The notes beneath the pieces are model-generated. The model was not told where the DNA came from, did not search any database, and saw only the letters and a list, made by a program, of their open reading frames with translations. Position numbers and translations under genes: made by a program. A DNA stretch of 64,000 bases from Mytilus californianus (Eukaryota), in contig NW_026262679.1 in NCBI RefSeq assembly GCF_021869535.1, positions 58,776,001 through 58,840,000 of the forward strand. Direction: 5' to 3'. Of the stretch, positions 25,689 to 38,420 are shown one piece after another (within the stretch, counting starts at the first letter, position 1; each line of letters begins with the position of its first letter).

Positions 25689-25899
25689 GTATGGTGAACT
25701 CTGTTAAAGAATTTTTGTCAAACGACTTTATACAGAATGAATATTTATTAGTACCGATCTGTTATGTCAAAGTTTAACTGATTTTAACAGTTTTAATGTT
25801 GTGTTGTAACACACTATTCTAAGCAAGGTGAGGGTTAAACGCTCACAACATGTTAGGCCCGCACATTCTTTATCAGAGTACAATTACGGTGTATTTTCT

Positions 25900-26150
25900 T
25901 TAGTGTATACGTGGCAAACAATATATTGGCGAGTTAGGACAACCATTTGACAAACGAATGAATGGTCATCGAATGGTCATCGTAGTTACTATTATTGTAA
26001 GCAAAACCTCCCTGTCAGTCGACATTTGAGATCATCTGGCCTCTCTAAGGCAGATCTGAACTGACTGACTACTACTATCATTGATCACAATACTTCATGG
26101 TCCAGATAGAGAGTCACTCGGGGGAGATTTTGGATAAGAAAGTTGAAAAG
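25900..26150 (+). pseudogene. GIY-YIG endonuclease fragment (Penelope-like)
   Basis: GKQYIGELGQPFDKRMNGHR...LPVSRHLRSSG...IIDHN...RFWIRKLK in broken frames. Confidence 0.7.
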
Positions 26151-27049
26151 AGGTTGTTGAACCCAAGCAGTACTAGATGTGTTACTTCATTTTGAGACGT
26201 ATAAGTACGCTCTCCCGTCGATTGTAAATAGTTTATTTGTATTTTGTCTATGTTATAAGATTAAAGAAGACAAAAACTCTCAACTTTCATCTTTTGTTTA
26301 TAATTGATTTGTATGTATTTCAAGATTTTTGAATTATAACTTTAACTTTTCTACAAACAGTGTTTAATTTGTATGATGGTTGTGATTTTTTTTTATATCA
26401 GTATAGTAAGTGACAGAATTTTACACCATGCTGCTCCTACCGATGATAGGAATTTTGTATTTTTTTTTCATGTATTTTAATCATTGTTCTGGTGTTGTAC
26501 ACTTTTAGACGTGTATCTCCATAACGAACGGACACCCTCTTAAGAATGATTGTTGACTACTATTTAGACGTTCTATATATAAATATATATATACTTAACA
26601 TGGCCATATACACATATGTTTCCAAAAAGTCTCAAGCTTATTAATTCTAAATCAAACACATGAAACAGGGATGCTTTTGAGGCCTGTCATTTTTCTTTGG
26701 GTAACTGATATCATCTTAGGACAATAAAAAAAATGTCGACTAGTGTAATTTTATATTATGCGGAAACGATAAACAATTTGAACAGATTGCAAACGAACAT
26801 TTGTTCATTCCTTATTCAGTCTCAATAAATGGCCTTCAGTCAGAAATCAAAGCTATATTCACTACCACTTTCTACATATAATTATTTTTAGAACTAAATT
26901 TGGGAATCCCATTTCAACCAATACAAACTTAAAGCTATCATCTCGGATATTGTCTGTCAAAGACTTTCAGACCGGTCGACATTTCAAAAGTTGTAACTGA
27001 GAAACAATCCTTTCTAACTCTTTCATCATGAATCATTCGAATCGAAAAA

Positions 27050-28720
27050 AAAATCCCAACTTTAAAAATCAGTCTGTTTCTATCACCCCTCGTTCCTTTA
27101 TAATACCTATTGCGACTAAAACTTTCCAAGTACACACACGTGATGAAGAACCTCAATATGGACGTTAAAAAGTACTTTTTAAGTTTTTATTACTGGTAAC
27201 CTGTTCCTTTTCAATAACATATAATTGTGTTAATGAAGGGACCAAATTACCGCAAGCCTAACTCATAAACTGGAAATACAACTCTAAATTACTATTAGAT
27301 TCCGTCGAGAATTATGCCAGATTATAGGATAAATGCGAAAAAGAAGACGTAAATGCCATTTCCGAATTTGTTACTTTTGTGAGTTCGTTGATACAAATAA
27401 GAATTTAAAAACTTATGAAAACTCGTGCTCCGTTTATCTTCAAATATCAAAATGTTGCTCATAAGCACCTGTCCGATCTCTATGATGATTATGATGTTGT
27501 ATCTGCAGTCATATCTCCAACAATATCGTTTTCGCTTGTAATTTACATTACATAAACTACATGAAAGGGATTAGGTATTGACACGTCATTTTGAAACTCA
27601 ACATATACTTTACGACACTTGTCAAAGAGGAAATACTAAATAATCATTTCTTTTGAAATTTCAACAAATGATCAAAAACTTGATCTTCTTTATTGTATAC
27701 ACAAAAATAGCTTAAATGTCCTCCCAAAAAACGTTATATTGCTGAGTCTGCCAAGGCTTCTCGAAGCGTCTTTCAAATTATTTACATATATTTTATCAAC
27801 AATTAAAACAGGCTTTAGAGTAACTATGAAACTACCTTATTTTGTTTCGTTGTGAATCAGATGTAAATACTGAAAAATGCCATAGAACTGTTAGAATAAA
27901 TACAGCACATGGTGTTTTCTTCGTGCAATGATATAAAACCATTATTTAGCTAAAGACAGAATGAAATAATTAGTCCAACTTTGTTTCATTAAGAAGAATG
28001 GTCAACGTAGATACAAATATCTTGTATACGAACATGTTTTCTTGAAAAAAAATCTTTGATAGAAACAAACAGTCCTCTAAAACTGACATTATTAAGATGC
28101 TCGATTGATTAATGATTAGAATATTTGTTGTGTGGAGGACATGTATTCCAACAGACAACCGAAATTCCTATGCAAACAAGCTGATTGTGCACCACTCTTC
28201 GTCGAATTTCTCCTTTATTGTTTTGAGGTAGACTTCGTCTTCTTTCGCAGCTCAGGAAGAATGACAAGAAGCTACCACTATTTTTTTTGAAATCACGTTC
28301 TGCAATGCAGATAACGTCCTTAAACTAAATAGTTCAAAGTTACACAAACATATCTTGACTTGCATCTATAATTTTACAATGGTGGTCGGTTGAGAACTAA
28401 ACTTTATGATAAAAGATATGACTTCAGCTTTTCTATGTAGTAAAATTCCAGCAGTGCCTTCATGTGGACTCTATATCTCGCAGTTAGTATGATATTTCAG
28501 AACTTACGTTTCTCATCATGATATTATGATTTCCGTGATAAATTGTTGTTTCTATGGAAGCTATTGATTCAAGGTTTCCAATGGGTGAAGTTAAAGTCAT
28601 TCCTTCGAGGTGTTTACGGATGCCATCATGATTTGGATGACCGTTATTAAATATCTGTGTCACATTTTTTCACAGATATGCTCTCATTGTCGTAGTCAAC
28701 ATCCCACCCTCTTATCCAGG
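27050..28720 (+). pseudogene. Decayed Penelope-like retroelement RT
   Basis: Remnants of KGPNYR, LYDDYDVVSA..NNIVFAC, FQQT..IPM...CAPL, LRTKLYDKR.DFSF and QLV.YFR..S....KLL.QGF motifs, with many stops and indels. Confidence 0.65.
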
Positions 28721-29152
28721 ATTGAGCAATCACCGAAAGCGGCTTGTCACCGATTTTTTAATCACCACGAGCACGTAACGTATGCTACAAGTCGAGCAAG
28801 ATCTTTCGTAATCTTCCGGATCACATGATAGCAACACCTGGTTTTCGTAGGGTTCGTGTTGCTCAGTCTAGTTTTCTGTGTAGTAATATGTTGTTTTTTT
28901 TTTTTTGGGGGGGGGGGGGGGGGGGGATTTTCATTTTGGTAACTAGGCATTAAAACACTTTGAAATATCATTATTTCCATTATAGGATGATATGATGGTT
29001 TGGTTATTTACGGGGGTATTTATAGACATGGTGCAAGTTAAAATAATTTGAAAAGAAACAAAAACAAACGAATGAAATTTGTTATTAGAAAAATATGAAC
29101 AAAACGTTGCGGTAATGATATGACCTTTATCAGATTCTTTCTTATATTTTAG

Positions 29153-29248
29153 GACGGTGACCCTGGGTGGTGGTTTGGTCGATGTGGAAATAAAGTGGGA
29201 TTTTTTCCAGATAACTTTGTTACAGTCATTACAAAGCATAAAACCTAA
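29153..29248 (+). CDS. Host SH3-domain gene, terminal exon (SH3 C-half + stop)
   Basis: TATTTTAG|GAC; translates as DGDPGWWFGRCGNKVGFFPDNFVTVITKHKT*; completes the SH3 begun in 25585-25688. AATAAA at 29380-29385. Confidence 0.88.
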   Translation, partial: DGDPGWWFGRCGNKVGFFPDNFVTVITKHKT

Positions 29249-29533
29249 TGCGCTTGTTCAATATTTGTGGAAAAAAACCAACAAAGCCAAAAAGAATGCA
29301 AAAGAAAACTAAACTAAAGATAATGCGACGGAATTGTTTTGCAGAATGTTTTCTTCATGAATGGGGATTAACAATTGTAAATAAATCAATATTATATTCT
29401 ACAAAGTTAATGATCAAACATAATACTTACGCTTGGTTGTATTGGTCCTGACTTCATACATGCACTTTCGTAAGAAAGTTTAAGGTTGGAACAGGTTGAC
29501 AACAAGCCAAACATCCCATTCACAAGACGGTTA

Positions 29534-29734
29534 CTGTAAACCAACTCATTTTCGCGGATACTTTATTTCGCGTTTAGCTTTTTCTTGCCCACTTCGCGGC
29601 GATTTAATTTCGCGATTTTCAAATTTACTGGAAGTAGTTAGATATGGAATAATCCCAGTTTTGAAGTTTTGCGACGATTTATATTCGCGTTATTTTTCTA
29701 CTCGCGAAAGTCGCGAAAATTAGTTGGTTTACAG
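29534..29734. mobile_element. 201-bp MITE, TA TSD (Tc1/mariner-like target)
   Basis: TA|CTGTAAACCAACT...AGTTGGTTTACAG|TA with internal tttcgcg repeats. Confidence 0.85.
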
Positions 29735-30982
29735 TATATCAGTTTCATTAAACATGTATCTGCTGCAGTTTTTATACCATATTTAAGTTATTGGGGTATT
29801 TGTCATGTTATTCGTTTTGATGCACATATGCATAATGATTGGATTTGACCTTATTTTTAAATTCAAAGAACAAAGATCCTTTCGTGGAAAAGGATTCAAT
29901 GATTTTCTCAAAGGATAGAATAGTTTGACTTAAGTTGATATAAATAATATCACGATTAAAACTATTTGTTTAATATTGATACAAAAATCATTTATTCGAA
30001 AGTTATCATAGCTTAATTTGTATTAGGTTTTGTACTATCAATTGACAATACAGATAATGTAGTATACGACCAATTTCTTTTTGTTAAATTGTTTTCGATA
30101 CACATATATTTTATCTTTCAAATAATTATAGATTACAGAAATATATCTGAAGCTTGACGGTAATAAGTAATAATCTCATCACACATTCCATTGGCACAAA
30201 GGAAGACACGAAAGTTCTGTTTTCTAGGTTTAGAGATCATTCTCCAATTGAAAGTTATCAGGAAGATTGACTAAAATCGTTTACTGTCCCCATCACGAAT
30301 TGGATGATTGAACGATTTGTCTGTGTCTCAAATTATGAGAGACAATTTTCGCGGGCTTATATCTTTAGATACATATATACAAGAAAAGTTGCCTGATCTG
30401 TAAATTTACCGATTGCGTTAAATTCCACATAAAGACATTTTAACTATGCGAGGAATTGCATGCCGGCTGAGGCGTACATAGTAGGAGACGCTTACCCTGA
30501 CGACACACCCAAACTCTAGTCTTTTGAATTCCATGCTATCCCTCAGTTTTTTGTTTTTCTCTTGATTTGCACCTTCTTAATTGATTTATGATATCTGTAC
30601 GAAATGCCTACATTTTATACAAAATCTATTTCTCAAATGCCAACAAAAATAATTAAATAGATGTTGTTTTAGTAAATAGGTGTTGTTTTAGAACAAAATT
30701 TAATAACTAGGAAATGAGTTAGTTTAAATGTAAAAATTATTGTTCACCTTAAAAATATTATATTTTTTTAAATAAAAATTTATTTGAAATGAAATGGCAT
30801 GTAATAATACTATTAAAATTGTTAAGTAAACAAATAATTATAAGAAAAATAGTATTAAAATTCAAAGTAAAAAATTAAAATTGAAACAAATAAATGAAAA
30901 AAAACGACATTTTAAAGTACATTTATGAATAGAAATCATTTAAATTTTAAAGTACATAGATATATTTAATGTATGAGCAAAC

Positions 30983-31069
30983 CAATTATTGGTACGACGT
31001 GCTGCTGTATAGCCATTGGTGCCAGTAGAAGAAGTCAAAGATGTCTGGTTTAGTGCTCTAGAAGATCTT
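30983..31069 (+). pseudogene. Short MULE-like transposase remnant
   Basis: QLLVRRAAV*PLVPVEEVKDVWFSALEDL*, recalled similarity to invertebrate MULE transposase C-terminal region; in-frame stop. Confidence 0.45.
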
Positions 31070-34000
31070 TAGAGGACCTTACAAGATGCCAGCAACTTCA
31101 GTATGCAGCAGGTGGAAAACATTTTGATTTATGGAAGCGAAAATACATGGAAATTTAAGATAGACTCTCCAACATAAAGATTCAACACCAGAACGGAGAG
31201 ATTTCGACAGTTCAGTTTGAAGATGCTGGCTCATACTTCCTTCACTTGGACTAAATTGACAATATACTTGTATACTTGTGATGAGACTATGTGATTATTC
31301 ATGTTGTAAATTTTTAAAACATGTTTGCTTCATTTATTTGTGATTGTGTTAAGTGGCTTTTTTTTCTTATCTTGATATTTATCTATATGCTTGTTTACAT
31401 GATCAATTGAACATGAATAAATATATATTTCTTATTTTAGTTATCTTTCGTTTACATTCACTGAGCTGTCAAAGATGTGGGTATTTATTATACATAAAAA
31501 AAATCATTTCAAACATACAGACAAAAATTCAAAATATTAATTTGTTGCAAACAAACAGGAAAATAAAAATTTGGATTTTTAATTGGGAAAGTCAACTTGT
31601 TCATTACTGTTTGTTTTTACAACACTTAATTGTTATAAGACACAATTCCTTGAATGCCTACATTTATTTACCTGTATTTTGTCGGCAGATCAAAAGGTTT
31701 ACAGTTGGAAATCTAGTGAAAGATAACAATAGAAAATTCACTCTTATGAAAAAGTCGAGAAAATCAAAAATAAAACAATGCCGGTGACGATACTGATCAA
31801 AAGTTATTTCTAAAAAACAATTGTACATTTTAAAGAAATTATTTATCAAACTGTGTAAATAGAAATATATATGCAAATACACGATGTTTTATGTTTAGTA
31901 TTTATCGAGATACTTGCATTAGAAGCTTGTGCATCTGAAATTAAAAAAATGATAATCTTTGCTGCATATTGATAAAAAAAATGAAAAAAATTATGTACAT
32001 ACAAAATCTAAAGATCTTTCAGGTCACCAATTTTCGGACTATTTCAAAAAGTCCTTAGCATGTTACAATTTTCCAAAATATACTTATTTTTCACATCTAA
32101 TTTTCGAATACACCGGTCTGCTCTTGTCACGTGAACACTCAATACAGAAATATTGTCTTTTCGTGAATATAACAATTTAAAAGTCTGTCTGTGCAGGTTC
32201 AAAATTTAAAGATAAATATTTTATAAAGAAGGTATCTTTTTACTATTTTTATACAATTTTAAGAAAAGTCGTCTCGAGTTTTGTACATGTATTTGCGGTC
32301 TTCTCGATCTATTCACATTCAATGTTTACATCGGGATAATGTCCGTTTGAATTTGCTTAGTAACTTTATTTCAAAAGTGTTAATCTTTGCTGCATATCAA
32401 TCGATTCCTTTTGGAATTTTTTTCCCTGAACTTCTCTGATCGAGCTGTATATATATATACGGATAATTAGCATGTTCCAGAGAGGTATAAAACCAGTAGA
32501 AAAATAAATTGAAGCAGGTAATCCAGGAATTTATTCGCATAGCAACGTTTTGAACCAATTTTACATCAAGCTCCTAAAGCCTGCTGTACTCGTCGTTTGC
32601 TATTTAAGGAGGGAAATGATAATTTTAAATGGAATTTTTGTTTTTATTTCAATTTATTTCTATTTTAACTATTTACCAGATATTTTCCGTTGAATAAATA
32701 ATTGATAGCGTCTTTACTAAAACGGGACAAACATTGAAAAGATATAGTTTTCAGTGTTTACAGGGGAGGTAATATTTTGTCACTAGATTTCCCACTGTGT
32801 AGTCATTCAATGAATAAACCATCTGTACATAGATAAACTACTTTTGTCTCTAATTAATGTAAGGAATATAACCCATAAACAATGCAATCCATTTAATAAC
32901 ATTAACGGTACTAATCAGTAAACTTACCGATGCTATGAAAAAAAATTTGAAAAGGTGTTATCAATTTAATCCAGAAAAGCGCTTTGGACTTGTGAAATTT
33001 ATAACGTCATATTTTCATTTTAACAATATTCTAAGTAGTAAGGTCAGTGTTTATTTTTCCAATGGTATAACCATTGATTTTGTTCTTTAGTGAATTGAAA
33101 CATAACTTAATATTGATGGCAAAACATTTATGAACTGAACCATTTAACAACAATTTGCGTCATACTTTAAATAGTTTAGTAGAGTTTTATATTATATTTC
33201 ATCAGAAACACACTCCTTCATAAAAATCCAGATATCTCATTAACTTTAAAATCATTTGTTTCGTCCATATCAAGTTCTTCAGCTCTAGTTTAACTCATGG
33301 CATATTTGCAAATACGCTGTGATCATACACATTCATATGAGGTATGTGTTACCTGTGAACAGGGTGAAAATCCGTATGAGTAAAATTGAGAATGGAAATG
33401 GGGAATGTGTCAAAGAGACAACAACCCGACCGAAGAGCAGAAAACAGTAGCATTTTAGAACAACCATCTACTTATTATTTACATATTAAAATTAACAAAA
33501 TAATTTTGAATCTGATTGTTAAAGACTCAATTACTATTACATTATGTAAAAGCATTACAAAAATCAAATAAAATGTATCACATAAAGTGGAAATTACAAG
33601 TCATTGCTTCATGATTCAATCTGAATAATTAAAAAACCCGGTTTACCAATAATTGCAAACTTTGTCGCATAATTTCTGTAGAAAAATAAGCAGAAATACG
33701 ATCGATAATAAACCAGAATATAACAATAAAAAATCAATCTCACTAATGGAATCAGATTTATTTTAGAAAAGCAAAAAAGAAGAGAAAATGGTACGATTTA
33801 TATATTTGTCGTTTTAATTAATGCAAGTTTTCATACCTTTCGGCAATCAGATATACCATTTCGAGGAAAATTGTGAGTTCATGATGATGATTTACGAAAA
33901 ATTCCTGTAGTTCCCATTGAACCATCCAAAAGTGGTGTATAAAGTAATGTCCTCAAAACAGTACGAAATCCAAAATAAATTCAATGTACTTGCTGCTAGC

Positions 34001-34126
34001 GAATTCAAAAGATTTAAATTAATGCTTTCTGTCCAAGTACCAATGTACCAATTTTTTTTTAATTCGCTATAACTCGCCAGCCGCATGACTTCATAGCGAG
34101 TTAAATCGTTATAAAAATCGGTATAA

Positions 34127-34575
34127 TATGGTGTACCATTTGGTTCAAAAGGTATTTTTATCGACTAACCGCTACTTTTATCGGTTAACCGCTATTTTTA
34201 TCGGTTAACCGCTATAAATATGCCGGTTAACCGCTAGTTTTACCGGTTAACCGCTAATTTTATCGTTAATCGCTATTTTTATCGGTTAACCGCTATTTTT
34301 ATCGGTTAACCGCTATTTTTATTGCTTCATCAATTCTAATTTATCGTCTATGCACAAATAAATTATTATCTTAAATGAGTAAGTGATTGATGGACAAAGT
34401 TTATCGCTTAGCCTGTTAAAACGTAATGTGGATTGCTTACGCCTCCCATATATCTATTTTTGGTCAATCACTCCCACCCAAGTTGTAGACATACGCACAC
34501 AAGATTTTAGTGTTGAACACGTGGCAATTCTATATAGCACTTTATTGTACGTCAACAATTTTTGTTTTATTTAAT
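34127..34575 (+). repeat. Left arm of a long inverted repeat with a 17-bp tandem array (ttttatcggttaaccgcta)
   Basis: The first 37 bp are identical to the reverse complement of 58305-58341; similarity continues ~450 bp inward. Confidence 0.85.
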
Positions 34576-35204
34576 TTTACACTTTTAATATGACAACATG
34601 TATTGGATTTCATGGATCTGAATATAAAATAATTATATGACGATGTTTTAAATTCCAAAAACTTAGTGAAAAAACATGAAAATGCTCATTTATCAAATAG
34701 AGGTGCTTGTATATATTCCACTACTACAAATCTGTGTAAATGATAATTCGATTGATGATTCCGTGTGTAATGAAGACGAGAAATGTTATCCTCTAACATG
34801 CACATATATTTTGAGTTATTTCCAAATTAGAAATGAAATGAAAAACTGTTCTCTTCCATATTTCTCCCACAGACATGAAACGATATCTATGATACATTTT
34901 CTATATTATTGAATTAAATTGTTAATGCTATTCAAAAACTCTACCAATGCTTTAATTCAATATTTTTTTAATAAATCACTTGAAGAATGTATTTTTTTTA
35001 TAATTGTATTATTGCAAATGTTATTGGAAAAAAAGGTGGATTCAGCATCTACTTTCCGATTTATGTCCGATATATGTTACAAGCTGGGTGGTATAAAGTA
35101 ATGGAGAGAGTTATTTAAGAGAAACAAACGTTTTATGAAAGTTCGTCAAAATTCCGCCTAAAATGGAAAACTGTGCATCAACTAATAGAAATGTACATAA
35201 CTGC

Positions 35205-36497
35205 TTTTTTAGCTCACCTGGCCCAAAGGGCCAAGTGAGATTTTCTCATCACTTGGCGTCCGTCGTCCGTCGTCGTTAACTTTTACAAAAATCTTCTCCT
35301 CTGAAACTACTGGACCAAATTTAACCAAACTTGGCCTATATCATCATTGGGGTATAAAGTTCAAAAAATATGTTCGTTGACCCGGCCAACCAACCAAGAT
35401 GGCCGCCATGGCTAAAAATAGAACATAGGGGTAAAATGTAGATTTTTGCTTATATCTCTGAAACCAAAGTATCTAGAGCAAACTGAAATGGGAGTAAAAT
35501 TGTTTATCAGGTCAAGATCTATCTGCCCTGAAATTTTCAGATGAATCAGGCAACCCATTGTTGGGTTGCTGCCCCTGAACAAGTAATTTTAAGGAAATTT
35601 TGCCGTTTTTGTTTATTATCTTGAATATTATTATAGATAGAGATAAACTGCAAACAGCAATAATGTTCAGCAAAGTAAGATCAACAAATAAGTTAACATG
35701 ACCAAAATGGTCAGTTGACCCCTTAAAGAGTTATTGCCCTTTATAGTCAATTTTTAACAATTTTTCGGAAATTTTTGTTACCTTTTACAAAAATCTTCTC
35801 CTCTGGAATTACTAAGACAAATTTAACCAAACTTGTCCACAATCATCATTTGGGTATCTAGTTTAAAAAATGTGTCTGATGACCCCGCTCGCGAACCAAG
35901 ATGGCCGACATGGCTAAAAATAGTACACAGGGTAAAATGCAGTTTTTGGCTCATATCTCTGAAACTAAAGCATTTAGAGCAAATCTGACAGGTGGCTAAA
36001 AATGTTCATCAGATTTAGATTTATCTGCCCTGAAATTTTCAGACGAATCCGACAACCCGTTGTTGGGTTGCTGCCCCTGAATTGGTAATTTTAAGAAAAT
36101 TTTGCAGCTTTTGGTTATCTTGAATATTATTATAGATAGAGATAAACTGTAAACAGCAATAATGTACAGCAAAGTAAGACCTACAAATAAGTCAACATGA
36201 CCAAAATGGTCAGTTGACCCCTTAAGGAGTTATTGCCCTTTATAGTCAATTTTTAACAATTTTCATAAATTTTGTAAATTTTTGTAAATTTTTACAAAAT
36301 ATTTTCCACTGTTACTACTGGGCCAAGTTCATTATAGATGGAGATTATTGTAAGCAGCAAGAATGTTTCAGTAAAGTAAGATCTACAAACACATCACCAT
36401 CACCAAAACACAATTTTGTCATGAATCCATCTGTGTCCTTTGTTTAATATGCACATAGACCAAGGTGAGCGACACAGGCTCTTTAGCGCCTCGAGTT
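35205..36497 (+). mobile_element. Helentron/Helitron-like non-autonomous element 1 with a ~500-bp internal duplication
   Basis: TTTTTAGCTCACCTGGCCC..GGGCC start, (GTC)n/GTCC microsatellite, subterminal inverted AGGTGAGC and 3' hairpin aggctctttagcgcct. Confidence 0.7.
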
Positions 36498-36518
36498 TTA
36501 TACATTTTTGTAACTGCT

Positions 36519-37380
36519 TTTTTAGCTCACCTGGCCCTAAGGGCCAAGTGAGCTATTCTCATCACTTGGCGTCCGCCGTCCGTCGTTCGTCGTCGTCGTC
36601 GTCGTCGTTAACGTTTTACATTTTGAACTTCTTCTAGAGAACCACTGAATGGAATGGAACCAAATATGGTATAACTGTTTCTTATGAGGTGCTGACCAAG
36701 TGTTGTTACTTTGTAGCCGATCCATCATCCAAGATGGCCGCCAGCGGGGAGCTTAGTTTAACAAAGGACCCTATGGGAAATAATACAAATGTCTTCTTTT
36801 AAAGAACCACTGAATGGAATGAAACCAAACATAGCATGAATGTTCCTTGTGGGGTGCTGACCAAGTGTTGTTACTTTGTAGCCGATCCATCATCCAAGAT
36901 GGCCGCCATCGGGGGATTTAGTTTAACATAGGACCCTATGGGAAATACATACAGATGTCTTCTTTTAGACAACCACTGAATGAAGTGAAACCAAACATAG
37001 CATGAATGTTTCTTATGAGATGCTGAACATGTGTTGTTACTTTGTAGCCGAACCATCATCCAAGATGGCTGCAAGCAGGGGACTTAGTTTAACATAGGAC
37101 CCTATGGGAAATACATACAAATGTCTTCTTTTAGAGAACCACTCAATAGAATGAAACCAAACATGTCATAAATGTTCCTTGTGAGGTGCTGATGAAGTGT
37201 TGCTTCTTTGTTGCTGATTTACTGTTCAAGATGGCCACCGGGATTAATTATTAAACTACAGGGCCAATATCAACCAAATTTGGCATCAAACATTATTTAA
37301 GTATCTGTTATGATTTTTATCTTTTTTATGATTTCAAAAACCCAAGTTGAGTCAGGTGAGCGACACAGGCTCTCAGCAGT
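36519..37380 (+). mobile_element. Helentron/Helitron-like non-autonomous element 2 carrying a ~166-bp x4 satellite array
   Basis: Same termini as element 1; units begin at ~36637, 36801, 36967 and 37133 (gaaccactgaatgg...ccaagatggccgcc...ggaccctatgggaaa). Confidence 0.75.
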
Positions 37381-38180
37381 TTAATTTAAATTTAGCTACT
37401 TCGATTTTGTTGTGTTTTTTGTGTGACTTTTCTAAGTTATTTGATAACGTTGGATAAAGATTCTTCTATAAAAAAGAAATGAAAGAATATGCAGTTTGAT
37501 GTGACTTGTTAAATAGTTTATGAGTGACCTACAAAGGAGACAAAAAGAGCGAAAATAAAAAAAAAAAATCTGTATTTGGTCACTTTCCCGCTGAAGTCCT
37601 TCAAGAATCAGTAAGAACCTTAGACTAAAATATTTCATATATATATAAACTAATGACATATTTGATTAACTCGTTTTCTTAGTAGACATTTTGCTGATGA
37701 TGTTTGGACGAGCAGCTCGGTCTTAATACACTGCCAATCAAACCAGTTGTTGACCATGACTTGAATAAGCTGGACGAATAGTTAAGGAAATGGCAATTTT
37801 TTTTACTATTAAGATAAGACTGAGAACATAGTAGTTACTAATTTTACTTTCCAGATCTAAACTTTATTTCATATAGCCAGGACATTCGCATTGCTAAGTC
37901 ATATAAACATTTGGTTGTAACATTTGACCCTGAATTGAACACTCATATATATATTGAATTATTAATTTACCCACCAGCTTATCCCTCGATCTTCCCCTCC
38001 TCTCCAACTCTGAATTGTACATGTAGTTCTTGTCATAATTATGACGTTTATAATTTGATGACTTGATAAGCCAAAACATGTAAAGTAAAAACATTTGCGA
38101 TACTATGAATTTAAGTAAAAAATGAAAGACTGTTTTTCCTTTTGACCATTCATTTTTAATAGAACATGCTCATGTGTATA

Positions 38181-38240
38181 TTTTATTGAACCTATATGCT
38201 GAGAGTACCATGAGATGCGCACGCAGATCGTAGAGGTCAC
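38181..38240 (+). repeat. DIRS left ITR
   Basis: TTTTATTGAACCTATATGCTGAGAGTACCATGAGATGCGCACGCAGATCGTAGAGGTCAC, inverted relative to 43482-43544. Confidence 0.92.
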
Positions 38241-38420
38241 TAGCGTATTTGGTCTTATGAGGTCAAGTCATGGACTTTATCCCTCTTATGTTTATTTGAA
38301 AATAATGGATATCTTAATTGTTTTTAACTGGAAATTGATATATTTGTGACATTTGGAATACAAACTTTACGATTTGATATAGTTTTTTGATGGATTAATA
38401 TTCTAACGATGTAGCTTGTG

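Noticed and set aside
31353-31787. 144-aa ORF and similar AT-rich ORFs throughout the window
   Set aside because: Low-complexity F/L/I/K-rich translations typical of AT-rich non-coding DNA.
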